A DNA stretch of 64,000 nucleotides from a bacterium (lineage in GTDB: Bacteria > UBA8248 > JACPRG01 > G963555815). The notes under the pieces were generated by a model. It saw only the letters and a list, made by a program, of their open reading frames with translations. It was not told where the DNA came from and did no database searches. A program made the position numbers and the translations under genes. Below are positions 9,193 through 19,542 of this stretch, piece after piece. The first letter of the stretch is position 1, and each line of letters begins with the position of its first letter. The stretch is from positions 640,001-704,000 of the forward strand of contig CBDHDG010000006.1 of the NCBI GenBank assembly GCA_965261595.1, written 5' to 3'.

Positions 9193-10059
9193 TCAGCGCG
9201 GCTCGGCGAGGCCGCCGTAAGTCTCAGGCCGGCGATCGCGGAAGAACTGCCACCGGTTGCGCGCCTCGCGCACCGTGTCCAGGTCGATGCCCGCGACGAC
9301 CAGCTCGTCTTCGTCCTCGCCCGCCCGGGCGAGGATCTTCCCGCGCGGATCGACGACGTAGGTCGAGCCATAAAACTTGCCGATGTTCCACGGGGCCTCG
9401 GTCCCTACGCGGTTGATGGCGCCGATGAAAACACCGTTGGCGACGGCGGAGGCCGGCTGCTCCAGCTCCCAGATGGTTTGGCTGAGCCCGGCCGTGGTGG
9501 CCGAGGGGTTGACGATGTACTCGGCCCCGTTCAGCGCCAGGGCGCGCCACCCTTCGGGGAAGTGCCGGTCGTAGCAGATGTAAACCCCCAGCTTGAGAAA
9601 GGCCGTCTCGAAGACGGGGTAGCCGCTGTTTCCCGGCTTGAAGAAGAATTTCTCGTAGAACCCGGCGACCTGGGGCAGGTGCGTCTTCCGGTACTTTCCG
9701 AGGTAGGCGCCGTCGGCGTCGATGACCGCGGCGGTGTTGTAGTAGACGCCGGCCATCTCCTCCTCGACGACCGGGACGATCATCACCATCCCGTGCTTCT
9801 TCGCGAGCGCCCGCATGCGCCCGACAGTCGGGCCGTCCGGAACGGCCTCGGCCGCGTCGCACCACTTGATGTCCTGGCTGGGGGGGAAATAGGGCTGGGT
9901 GAAAAGCTCCTGAAGGCAAAGGACCTGAACGCCCCGCTTGCCGGCTTCCTCGATGAAGGGGGCATGGGCTTCGGTCATGACCTCGCGGATCTCGTCCGGC
10001 GGCAGGTCCGTCCCGCATTTCAGGGACATTTGTATCAATCCAACTTTGACCTCGCTCAT
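9193..10059 (-). CDS. Nitrilase-superfamily C-N hydrolase (beta-ureidopropionase / N-carbamoylputrescine amidase-like)
   Basis: E-K-C triad 'CLQELF', 'YRKTHLP', 'ICYDRHFPE'; end 'FFRDRRPETY'. Confidence 0.92.
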   Translation of the reverse strand: MSEVKVGLIQMSLKCGTDLPPDEIREVMTEAHAPFIEEAGKRGVQVLCLQELFTQPYFPPSQDIKWCDAAEAVPDGPTVGRMRALAKKHGMVMIVPVVEEEMAGVYYNTAAVIDADGAYLGKYRKTHLPQVAGFYEKFFFKPGNSGYPVFETAFLKLGVYICYDRHFPEGWRALALNGAEYIVNPSATTAGLSQTIWELEQPASAVANGVFIGAINRVGTEAPWNIGKFYGSTYVVDPRGKILARAGEDEDELVVAGIDLDTVREARNRWQFFRDRRPETYGGLAEPR

Positions 10060-10337
10060 CCTTCCTCCGGCCCTTTTCAGATTGATGATCCACAGACACC
10101 GGCCCCGCGCGGGCGGGGATGACACAGGTTACACCGATTTTATGAAGGTTGGCGAGTTCGCGTGCGCGGGCTCAATCATTCAACTGATCTGATGTGATTT
10201 GTCATTCCGGTGAGCCGGCTGGTGGCCGTCCCGACGGCCGCCCGCAGCGAGCGTGATTGTCCGGTTGGATTGATTTTCCAATCGGGTACACTGATACAGG
10301 TTTCTGACAAAAAACCCAATAACAGGAGGAAACACCC

Positions 10338-10628
10338 ATGTATGCGCGCATCAATCTGCTGCATTTCAAGCCGGGGACGTTGGATAAAGGGCACCAAAGC
10401 GCGCGCGTAGCTTCCGCCGCGTACAAGGCCCTCAAGGGGTTCAAGTCGATGGTCTTCATTGGGGATGATGAAGCGAACGAATTCGGATCGTTCAGCCTTT
10501 GGGAAACAAAGGAAGACGCCGAGGCCGCCTCGGAAGGGTTAAGGCCCAGAATGATGGAGGAGGTGGGCGATCTGTTCAGCGCCCCGCCAACAACCAGGGT
10601 GTTCGAGGTGCACAAGGTGGAAGCGTAG
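10338..10628 (+). CDS. ABM/dimeric alpha-beta barrel small protein
   Basis: 'MYARINLLHFKPG...SFSLWETKEDAEA'; RBS AGGAGG. Confidence 0.75.
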   Translation: MYARINLLHFKPGTLDKGHQSARVASAAYKALKGFKSMVFIGDDEANEFGSFSLWETKEDAEAASEGLRPRMMEEVGDLFSAPPTTRVFEVHKVEA

Positions 10629-10780
10629 GCTCGGTTTCTCGCCAGCCTAAAATCTAACCCGTGGGCGCATGCTCCTCTTGCTCGCCCCATTGAGAACCCT
10701 CACTTCCTCTCGGTTCCATCCTTCTCGGGCGAAGCCGGGAACCCCCTAGCGGCGCGTGGAGGGCGCGTCGCTGACTTTTC

Positions 10781-11785
10781 CTAGACGTGATTCCTGAGCA
10801 TGAGCTCCTTCGGATTGGGGTCCAGGTAGACCTGCCCCTGGAGATAGCCGACGTCGAAGCGCCGGATGTAGTGGCGGATGAGAGTCAGCGGGACAATCAA
10901 AGGAATTAAGCCGTATCGGTAGTCATCGATGAGTCCTAGGAGGACCTGTTTGGAAGCTGCATCGAGGACCTTTTTGAAATATCCACTAATGTGGATCAGG
11001 ACATCCGTATTCCTTTTTGGCGTTGCCATCTTGGCCAAAGCACTCATGAATTCAAATTCATACTGAGAGCGGACTTTATCCCGCGGCACGGCCTTCGCGT
11101 CAGCAACAAGGCGGCCCATCCGCCGATAGGCCTGTTCTGAATGCGCGCGTAGTTGGAACTTATGGGCTGTGTGAAAGGCAACCAAATCGCCCACAGTCCA
11201 TCGCTTAGAAAAAAGCCGCCTTAACCGGTGGTAAGCGAATATCCGCTCTACGAAGTTCTCCCGGAGGCGCGGATCGTTTAGTCGTCCTTCCTCCTCAACC
11301 GGCAAGAGCGGTGACGCTTCCAAGAGTACCTCCGCAAAGACCCCCCGTCCCGATTTCGAAGGAACCTTGTTGGGATCGTACACCTTGACCCGCTCCATTC
11401 CGCAGGTGGGCGAATCCTTCTTCAAGATGTAGCCGGATAGATCCTCCCGTGTGAGCTCATTCACTCGTCGCTCCGCGCACGCACGCATGGAGTTGGTGTG
11501 ATCAACGCCTGGCTTGGGCATTATGAGACGGATACCGTTGTCCATCCGAACGAGACGCAGGGTCTCTCGGGGCGTCCCCAGGCCTATCTCCACCTCCGGG
11601 CAAACCGGCACCCACTCAACGAAGCAGCCAAACGTGTCGACCAGGAAGCTATCTTTGGCGTGACCCCCATTAAACCGGACCTTCTCTCCGAGCAGGCAGA
11701 AAGAAATTCCAATTCGAATGGGTGTCGACTGCTGATCCGTCGAACTTTGGCTTCTGTTATTGCTTGCCATTTCGATGCGCCTCAT
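10781..11785 (-). CDS. ybgA: YbgA family (DUF523 + DUF1722) protein
   Basis: 'IGISFCLLGEKVRFNGGH', 'PVCPEVEIGLGTPRE', 'SPTCG', 'VEEEGRLND', 'ELMLRNHV'. Confidence 0.92.
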   Translation of the reverse strand: MRRIEMASNNRSQSSTDQQSTPIRIGISFCLLGEKVRFNGGHAKDSFLVDTFGCFVEWVPVCPEVEIGLGTPRETLRLVRMDNGIRLIMPKPGVDHTNSMRACAERRVNELTREDLSGYILKKDSPTCGMERVKVYDPNKVPSKSGRGVFAEVLLEASPLLPVEEEGRLNDPRLRENFVERIFAYHRLRRLFSKRWTVGDLVAFHTAHKFQLRAHSEQAYRRMGRLVADAKAVPRDKVRSQYEFEFMSALAKMATPKRNTDVLIHISGYFKKVLDAASKQVLLGLIDDYRYGLIPLIVPLTLIRHYIRRFDVGYLQGQVYLDPNPKELMLRNHV

Positions 11786-11792
11786 CGGGCCG

Positions 11793-13188
11793 TTAGCCTT
11801 TGCTGCCCTTTTCTAGGCTTTCAATTCTCTGGATATAGGCTTTGCTGTCGAATTTTCTGGAAGTGCTTTCGTAGGACATATAGCGGATTTTTCCGAAGAC
11901 CGTCCGCTCTGGTCCCCATGCCCTGTCGTGCTTGCCGCCAATCGCCCATGCGATGCCCGTATATCCGTTGGGGTCTCTTCCGTCCAACTCATAGCGATCA
12001 TTCAAACGAATGCAAATATTCAATGCCTCCTCTGGAGATCGTGTCCATTGCAGAATCTTTTTTGCCCAATACATACGCAGATATCCGTGCATCCACCCTG
12101 TCATCACCATCTGCTTCTGTGAAGCATTCCAGAGTGGATCATGGGTCTCAGCATTCTCGAGCGAAACCTCTTTGTACCTATAGGACCGAGGGTCCGAGGC
12201 ATGTTCCCGCAACGTCCGCCGAGCCTATTTCTCACAGCTTTCGAGGGAATCGTAATGGGGGTTGAAGCGTACGAAGTTGACCGCTAGCTCACGGCGAACG
12301 ATCAACTCCTCTAAGAAAGCTTTTTTATCCACTGCTGGGGCATCCGCTTCTTGAACTGCCAAAGCCACGGTGTGCGGGCTGATCTGCCCAAAGTGTAGAT
12401 ACGGTGAAAGTTGGCTGGTCTCGTTCAACTCGGGGTGGTTTCGGTTCCTAGCGTACCCCTTGAGGGCATCACCGATGAATTGTTTAAGCGCTCTCAGTGC
12501 GTGAAGCGTACCTCCGCGGAGATGGCTCACTGGCTGAACGGAGCGATCGATGTCCAACCCCTCGAGAAGGTAGGTGTCTGGTTCGAGAGTGTACAGGCTG
12601 CGTAGCGCTTTCCACGGGACGTGCACGTGGGTATTACCAACGGGGACCAGGAACTGGTCGAGTTGATCTCGAATTTTTGGCCTAATGGTACGTGCGGCGT
12701 AGTGTTCCTTCTCAAGCAGGACAGAGGGGACGATGACATCTGCGTCCACCGTCCAAAAGGGAGCTTCCAATCGGACGGTGACCTTCTGCCTCCTGCGCTC
12801 GGCTCCCCGCAGCGGATTCTCGTCGCCTATTACGAGGCAGGGGCGTACCTTTTCACAGAACTTTAGGAGACAGTGATTCGGCTGGCGGCGGACCACAAAA
12901 CCGATTCCGCGGCGACGGAGCCGATCGGCTGTCTCTACCAGACCTTCGACCAGAAAATGGAAGTGCCGTAAGTTGGCGCCGACCCTGAGGGGACAAACCG
13001 AAGAAGACGACGACGGGTTTCCTCAAGAGGTTAGCAGCCTGAACGGCAGTCTCCAGGACGGGGTTATCAACCGCTCGCTGTGCCCGCTGCATCCAGTAAA
13101 CTACAGCGTTGCCTTCAAGGTTGGGGGAACCACCCAGTCGAACAAAAATACGCGGATCCTCTGTTAAAGATTCGATGGTTTTCTTCAT
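11793..13188 (-). pseudogene. phr: Class II CPD photolyase, disrupted
   Basis: 'VVYWMQRAQRAVDN', 'SQLSPYLHFGQIS', '[12 protein letters not shown]', 'LDGRDPNGY'; frameshift near 12980 and in-frame TAG at 12225 (conserved Trp). Confidence 0.88.
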
Positions 13189-13193
13189 CGTTT

Positions 13194-14656
13194 TTATGTT
13201 TGCTGGGCAAAGGCGGCAATGCGACGTAGCATGCGTGAAAAAATCAAATGATGGACTGGATACAACGCGTACCAATAGATCAGTCCCCAAAGGCCGAGTG
13301 GATCGAAGACTACTGTTTATCGAATCACAGATCCCTGTGAGCTCTCTTTCACTTCAAACTCGAGCCAGGCCCGCCCAGGGAGTTTCATTTCGGCGGAAAG
13401 TCGAAGCCTTTTATCCGGTTCAATGGCGTCCACCCGCCAAAAATCCAAGGTGTCTCCTACCCTTATTGACTCGGGATCCCTGCGCCCCCGTCTGATACCA
13501 ACACCACCTAAGAGCAGATCGAGGAAACCCCTAATCCGCCAAAGCGTGTTTCCGTAATACCAGCCTGCGCTTCCTCCAATGAGGCGTATGGGTCTGAAGG
13601 CATCGGCAGGGTGAACGCCGACGGAAATCTCTCGGAGGTCAACGATCCGGGTTCCGAACCGAGTGCCGCCCCAATTTCGTCGAGACCCGCCTGAGGAGAA
13701 CGCGTCCGACCATCGGGTCTCGGCCAGTTCGCAAGCCTCATTGGATAACGCTCTCTGGATGGCCTCCTCCAATCCGCGCGCTTTAATTCCGAAAACGGAA
13801 ATGGCGGAGGGGTCTTGGACCAGCGTGGGATTCTGCAGGCTATCGATGAGCTTGCGACCAATACGCGCATAAATTGGCGTCACCAAACCCAACCAGAGAC
13901 TAGATAGCCTCGGCTCAACACGGGCACGGAAATCATCAAGCGGCGAAGCCCACGTTGTTTTGCATACTCTTTCATGATCCCACCGTAGGAAACTTGATCC
14001 GTACCCCCAATTTCGAAGATTCGATTTTCCTCAACAGGGAGGTCCAAAGCAGCGACTAGGTACCCCAGAAGGTCTTCGATGGCAATCGGCTGGGCCGGTG
14101 TAGAAACCCACTTTGGACAGATCATTATAGGAAGCCGTTCAACGAGAGTACGGATCAATTCAAACGACAGGCTTCCTGAACCAATCACGATAGATGCCCG
14201 GAATTCAGTTACGGAAACGCCGCTTCCCCTCAGAACGTTCCCAACCTCCTGGCGGCTCCGCAGGTGGGGGGAGAGATTCTGTCCTCGGCCGTCTCCCAAA
14301 CCGCCGACATAGATGATCTGCCGCACCCCTGACGAGCGTGCCGCCTCTCCGAAGTTGCGAGCCGCCGTCCGGTCCTGATCTTCGAAATCGTGTTTCGACC
14401 CCATCGAGTGAATCAGATAGTAGGCTGTATGCACGCCTGAGAGCGCTATAGGCAGAGAATCACGGTCCAGGCAATCGGCGGGAATGACCTCCGTATCCGG
14501 TCCAACGCGCGGTCGCAAAGACTCGGGCCACCGAGCCATACAGCGCAAGTGACGGCCCGCTTCTTCAAGAGATTTCCTAAGCCTTCCGCCCACGTATCCC
14601 GTCGCGCCGGCAATTAGGATGATTGGTCTTTCTTTGGATGGAATCAGATGTGCCAA
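13194..14656 (-). pseudogene. ybjT: YbjT-like SDR + DUF2867 oxidoreductase, disrupted
   Basis: 'GATGYVG', 'HLRSRQEVG', 'AEMKLPGRAWLEF'; frameshift near 13900; TAA at 13317 followed in frame by 'TVVFDPLGLWGLIYWYALYPVH'. Confidence 0.85.
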
Positions 14657-15001
14657 TTCGTACGGCCTTCGCAGCTTAGGTGGGTGTTTTGGGTTTGGAT
14701 CCTAGAGGGAAAACAGATTACGTAGACCGAAGAGGCCTATCCCATCCCGCAAGGGGGCAAACGGCGGTTCACGGTGAATTCCGAAATCCGTCTAGGAATT
14801 CTCGGAATTCGGAGAATCTCTGAATTCTGACCGCACCAATCGCATCCAGAGTATTGCGATAGTTCTCCGAGGCCCTGCCCTACGCCGGTCACCTACCTCG
14901 CCCAGGGGATCCTCTACCCCGACACAATCGAGGGCGTTTCCTTCCGAGGTCCCTCAACCACTATTAAATCTCACCGTGGAATCCGCGGATAAATCAATAC
15001 G

Positions 15002-15044
15002 AAAAAAGGAGGCGGCCGGCACCGTGATCCCCAGCCACCTCCTT
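15002..15044 (-). terminator. Rho-independent terminator after tRNA
   Basis: Minus strand AAGGAGGTGGCTGG...CCGGCCGCCTCCTTTTTT. Confidence 0.65.
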
Positions 15045-15052
15045 GCGTTTTC

Positions 15053-15129
15053 TGGCGCGCGATGCAGGACTCGAACCTGCGACCTTCGGCTCCGGAGGCC
15101 GACGCTCTATCCAGCTGAGCTAATCGCGC
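15053..15129 (-). tRNA. tRNA-Arg(CCG)
   Basis: GCGCGATTAGCTCAGCTGGATAGAGCG-TCGGC-CTCCGGA-GCCGA-AGGTCGCAGGTTCGAGTCCTGCATCGCGCGCCA; 77 nt, CCA end. Confidence 0.97.
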
Positions 15130-15228
15130 TTGAACATTCGTCTAGCCGAAAGATATTCCCACGCCGGGGGACTGTCAATCATTCGGCGGCGGGGGCTTCC
15201 AGTCCCGGCCGGCCGAAGGCCCCCGGCC

Positions 15229-16212
15229 TCAGCCTATCCCGACGACGACGTTGCCGACCGCCTGTCCGCCCTCGACGGCCTCGTGCGCGGCGGCGAGGTC
15301 CGCCAGGGGGAATTCGGCCGCGATGGGGAAGGTGAGCTTGCCCGCCTCCATGACGCGGACGAGGTCTTCGCAGGCTTGGCGCTTGGCCTCCTCGGGCATG
15401 GTGTAGAGGAAGACCTGCCGGACGACCGTGTTGAGGAACATGAAGGGATAAAAGGGGAGCTTCGGCTCCATCTCCCCCATGGACGCGTACGTGGCGATGG
15501 CCCCGTTGTTCTTCAGCGCCCCCAGGCTGGCCTGGATGTTCCCGCCGAAATCGACCTCCACGATCCGGTCCACCCCTTCGCCGCCGGTGACCTCCCGGAC
15601 CCGCTCGGCGACGTTCTCCGTCCGGTAATTGACGACGTGATCGGCCCCGGCTCCCCGGGCGCGCTCCGCCTTCTCGTCCGAGCTCACCGTGGCAAGAACA
15701 GACGCGCCACCCCACTTGGCTAGCTGCACCGCGCAATGTCCAACGGTTCCGGCCCCGCCGGTCACCAGGACAATCTTCTCCTGAACCGGACCATCCGCGA
15801 ACACGCAACGGTGGGCAGTCATCCCGGGAATACCCACGCACGCCCCCTCCACATCGGTCACACCCTCCGGCAGGCGGACGGCCTGTCCGGCGGGCAGGGC
15901 GATGAATTCCGCCGCCGTCCCGAAGGGCCGGTCCCACTGTCCGTTAAAGACCCAGACCCGCTCGCCGACGCGGGCGGGATCGACGTCCGGACCCACCCGA
16001 TCGATCTCCCCGGCCCCGTCGCTGTGCGGAACGACACGGGGGAATTTCATGGGGCCGCGAGCGCCCAGTCGATTCTTGGCGTCGGACGGATTCACGCCCG
16101 AAACGGCCAGGCGGATCCGCACCTCGCCCGCTCCCGGCTCCGGCGCGTCCATCTCTCCGACCCGGATGACTTCCCCGGCCGGACCCTGTTTCTCGTACCA
16201 TCCCGCCCGCAT
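15229..16212 (-). CDS. NADPH:quinone reductase (zeta-crystallin/MDR)
   Basis: 'SGVNPSD', 'PHSDGAG', 'VTGGAGTVG', 'VEVDFGGN'. Confidence 0.92.
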   Translation of the reverse strand: MRAGWYEKQGPAGEVIRVGEMDAPEPGAGEVRIRLAVSGVNPSDAKNRLGARGPMKFPRVVPHSDGAGEIDRVGPDVDPARVGERVWVFNGQWDRPFGTAAEFIALPAGQAVRLPEGVTDVEGACVGIPGMTAHRCVFADGPVQEKIVLVTGGAGTVGHCAVQLAKWGGASVLATVSSDEKAERARGAGADHVVNYRTENVAERVREVTGGEGVDRIVEVDFGGNIQASLGALKNNGAIATYASMGEMEPKLPFYPFMFLNTVVRQVFLYTMPEEAKRQACEDLVRVMEAGKLTFPIAAEFPLADLAAAHEAVEGGQAVGNVVVGIG

Positions 16213-16488
16213 CGGCCCTCCTCCATCTGTTCCGGGAATGCGGCCCGCGGCCGCGGGCCTCCCGGGGGATTCTCGATAAACCCCTGTGAACGGAAAGCCG
16301 ATCATGCATCCCGGACAAAATCCGCGCAAGCCCCCCCGGATTCCCTCCCGCCCGCTCCCCACGCACAACCCGCACGGGCGTTGACTCCCCCGGGAAGTAC
16401 CGATATATATTGAATTCGGACGGGGGTCCGCCGTTGAGACCGCGGACGGGCCGGGTGATTCCGACATGAATAAATTTGGAGCAAAGGG

Positions 16489-17046
16489 ATGGCCGTGTCC
16501 CCGCTGACGCACGTAGACCCGTCGGGACAGGCCCACATGGTGGACGTGGGCGAAAAGGCCGTGACGCGCCGGGAGGCGACGGCCCGGGGACGGGTGTGGA
16601 TGAAGCCCGAGACACTGGACCTGATCCGCGAGAACGCCGCGGCCAAGGGGGATGTCCTGGGCGTGGCCCGGGTGGCGGGAATCCAGGCCGCGAAAAAAAC
16701 AGGGGAGCTGATCCCCCTCTGCCACCCCCTGAGCGTCTCGGGCGTGGACGTGGAGTTCTCGCTCGGCGAGGGGGGGCCGGAAACCTCGGCCGCCGCGGAA
16801 GCCACGGGGGACACGGCGTGGGTGGACATCGAGACGCGGGCGCGGATCACAGCGCAAACGGGCGTAGAGATGGAGGCGCTGACGGCCGCCGCCGTCGCGG
16901 CCCTTACGATTTATGACATGTGCAAGAGCGTGGACCGGTCGATGGTCATCTCCGACATCCGTCTGGTGAGCAAATCCGGCGGGCGGAGCGGAGATTATTC
17001 GAGGGCTGGCGAGCCGCGGGCCGGGGAGCCGGGCAATCCAGGATGA
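16489..17046 (+). CDS. moaC: Cyclic pyranopterin monophosphate synthase
   Basis: 'MVDVGEK', 'KGDVL', 'LIPLCHP', 'TGVEMEALT', 'YDMCK', 'KSGGRSG'. Confidence 0.97.
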   Translation: MAVSPLTHVDPSGQAHMVDVGEKAVTRREATARGRVWMKPETLDLIRENAAAKGDVLGVARVAGIQAAKKTGELIPLCHPLSVSGVDVEFSLGEGGPETSAAAEATGDTAWVDIETRARITAQTGVEMEALTAAAVAALTIYDMCKSVDRSMVISDIRLVSKSGGRSGDYSRAGEPRAGEPGNPG

Positions 17047-17185
17047 AGGAAAGGCGGGCCGCCGAGAGAGAACGACGGGCTTCGGGCGGGCCGGAATGCG
17101 TTTTCATTCATCTCAACAGTTCATACACGCGGGGCGATTGGGAAGAGTGGTTTTATTATCTGGTTGATGAGGGGAGGGGTGCGGC

Positions 17186-18214
17186 GTGAGGTTGACTTGG
17201 TTGCGATCCTTATGGGTCCTTCTCGGAGCGGTGGCCGGATATGCCCTCGGCGCGGTTTCCTCGGGCAGCGTCTTTGCGGCCGGGATCGGGGCGGTGACGG
17301 GCGTCGCCATCTCCGGCCTGGTGGTGGTGGCCGATTGGTGGTTGTCGGGTTATTCGCCGCGCAGCGTCGGCGGCGGGTTCCTGGGGATCCTGTTCGGACT
17401 CCTTTCCGCGAAGCTGCTGGAGGCCCCGGTGCTGGCGCTGCCCCTCAACTCGCCCGTCGTCCTGTCGACCCTGGTCCTGGCCCTGTACGTGGGGGGCGGG
17501 TGCCTGGGCCTGTTGGTCGGGCTGCGCAAAGGGGAGGGGTTCACCCTGTACACGGAGGGAACCCGCGCCGAGCACGAGGGACAGGCGCGGCGTCCGGAAA
17601 CCGTGAAGATCCTGGACACCAGCGTCATCATCGACGGCCGAATCGCCGACATCAGCGAGACCGGTTTTGTCGAAGGGACCATCATCGTCCCCCAGTTCAT
17701 TCTCAAGGAGCTTCAACACATCGCCGACTCCTCGGATTCCCTGAAACGAAACCGGGGCCGGAGGGGGTTGGACATCCTTCAGAAGATCCAAAAGGACCCC
17801 AACCTGCGCGTCCAAGTGGTGAATCAGGATTTCCCCCACATCCGTGAGGTGGACGCCAAACTGGTGGCCCTGGGCAAAGAGCTGGATGCCAAGCTCGTCA
17901 CCAACGACTTCAACCTCAACAAAGTGGCCGAGCTCCAGGGGGTCCCCGTTCTCAACATCAACGACCTGGCCAACGCCGTGAAACCCGTCGTCCTGCCCGG
18001 CGAGGCCATGACCGTCTTCGTCCTGAAAGAGGGCAAAGAGTACGGCCAGGGCGTGGCGTACCTGGACGACGGCACCATGGTGGTCGTGGACAACGCCCGG
18101 AAGAATATCGGCCGCAACGCCGATGTCGTCGTCACCAGCGTTCTGCAAACCACCGCGGGCCGGATGATCTTCACCCGGCTCAAAGAAAACGTGGAGCGGA
18201 TGACCGCCTCCTGA
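17186..18214 (+). CDS. PIN/TRAM-domain membrane protein (YacL-like)
   Basis: 'KILDTSVIIDGRI', 'RGRRGLDIL', 'TNDFNLNKVA', 'GVAYLDDGTMVVV', 'TSVLQTTAGRMIF'. Confidence 0.95.
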   Translation: MRLTWLRSLWVLLGAVAGYALGAVSSGSVFAAGIGAVTGVAISGLVVVADWWLSGYSPRSVGGGFLGILFGLLSAKLLEAPVLALPLNSPVVLSTLVLALYVGGGCLGLLVGLRKGEGFTLYTEGTRAEHEGQARRPETVKILDTSVIIDGRIADISETGFVEGTIIVPQFILKELQHIADSSDSLKRNRGRRGLDILQKIQKDPNLRVQVVNQDFPHIREVDAKLVALGKELDAKLVTNDFNLNKVAELQGVPVLNINDLANAVKPVVLPGEAMTVFVLKEGKEYGQGVAYLDDGTMVVVDNARKNIGRNADVVVTSVLQTTAGRMIFTRLKENVERMTAS

Positions 18215-19038
18215 TGGCCGCGTCCCGCCCTCCCCCTCCCGGACCACCCGGAAACGGGGGGGCCGTCAAAGCCGCCGCCATCATCCCCGCCGCGGGCGCG
18301 GGAACCCGATTCGGCGTCCACGGGAACAAGGCATCCAAGCAATTTCGCGACCTGGGCGGGTTGCCCTTGCTCGTTCACGTCCTGCGGGCCTTCGAGCGCT
18401 CGATCGTTCAGGCGGTCTACATCGCCGCGCCCCCCGGACGCGCGGTCTGGGTGCGGCGGGAAATGGTCCAACGCCACCGGATCCGGAAGGTCCGGGCCGT
18501 CTGGGCCGGCGGGGCGAGCCGCGGAGAATCGGTCCGCCGGTGCGTGGACCGGATCCCCGCCGCCTACAACGTCCTCGTGGTTCACGACGGGGTGCGTCCA
18601 CTCGTGACGCCCGCGCTGATCGACAGCGTCACGGCCGCCGCCTTCGAGCATGGCGCGGCCCTGGCGGCCGTCCCCGAAACCGATACGGTCAAATCCGTCC
18701 GGAAGTCCGGGACCCGAGAGCCGGGGGAAGAGGGGGGAGGGGAATGGGTCCGAAGGACCGAGCGGCGGGAAACCCTGTGGCGCGCCCAGACGCCCCAGGC
18801 GTTCCGTGCGGAGGTCTTTCGTGACGCCCTGCGCCGCGCCGCCGAGACCGGATTCGACGGGACCGACGACGCGTCGTTCGTCGAAGAAGCCGGAGGGCGC
18901 GTCCGGATTGTCCCGGGGGATGCACGCAACGTGAAAGTGACGGACCCGACCGACTTGTTGCTGGCGGAGGCCCTATGGCTCGACGCAACCGGGGGACGCC
19001 GCGCCGGGAAGGGGCGGCCTGGAGGCGGGCCGTCTTGA
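18214..19038 (+). CDS. ispD: 2-C-methyl-D-erythritol 4-phosphate cytidylyltransferase
   Basis: 'IPAAGAGTRF', 'VHDGVRP', 'AQTPQAF', 'TDDAS', 'NVKVT'. Confidence 0.95.
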   Translation: MAASRPPPPGPPGNGGAVKAAAIIPAAGAGTRFGVHGNKASKQFRDLGGLPLLVHVLRAFERSIVQAVYIAAPPGRAVWVRREMVQRHRIRKVRAVWAGGASRGESVRRCVDRIPAAYNVLVVHDGVRPLVTPALIDSVTAAAFEHGAALAAVPETDTVKSVRKSGTREPGEEGGGEWVRRTERRETLWRAQTPQAFRAEVFRDALRRAAETGFDGTDDASFVEEAGGRVRIVPGDARNVKVTDPTDLLLAEALWLDATGGRRAGKGRPGGGPS

Positions 19039-19520
19039 TTCGGGTCGGGGTGGGATACGATGTCCACGCAACGGCCCTGGGCCGCAAGCTCGTCCTGTGC
19101 GGCGTGGAGATCCGTCACGAGCGAGGCCTGGCGGGCCACAGCGACGCCGACGTCGCCCTCCACGCCCTGTGCGACGCCCTGCTCGGGGCCGCCGCCCTGG
19201 GAGACATCGGCGGGCACTTCCCGGACACGGACCCGGCGTACAAGGACGTTTCGAGCCTCGTCCTTCTCGAACGCGTCCGGGCCGTCCTGGAAGAGAAGGG
19301 CTTTCAGCCCCTCAACGTGGACTTGACGGTCGTGGCCCAGGAACCCAAGTTGGCCCCTTATGTCCCGGAGATGAGAAAGCGGATCGCCGCATGCCTGAAA
19401 CTTCCCCCGGATGGCGTCAGCGTGAAGGCCACGACGACCGAACGCCTCGGATTCACCGGTCGGGAAGAGGGAATCGCCGCACACGCCGTTTGCACGATTC
19501 ATTCGCCGCCCAACGCCTGA
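19035..19520 (+). CDS. ispF: MECDP synthase
   Basis: 'GVGYDVH', 'GHSDADV..HALCDALLGA', 'KATTTERLGFTGREEGIA'. Confidence 0.97.
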   Translation: MIRVGVGYDVHATALGRKLVLCGVEIRHERGLAGHSDADVALHALCDALLGAAALGDIGGHFPDTDPAYKDVSSLVLLERVRAVLEEKGFQPLNVDLTVVAQEPKLAPYVPEMRKRIAACLKLPPDGVSVKATTTERLGFTGREEGIAAHAVCTIHSPPNA

Positions 19521-19542
19521 TTCACCGGCTTTAGAAAGCTCC

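Noticed and set aside
14770..14830. Cluster of GAATTC motifs near the tRNA island as att or integrase remnant
   Set aside because: No duplicated tRNA 3' end or integrase fragment could be identified
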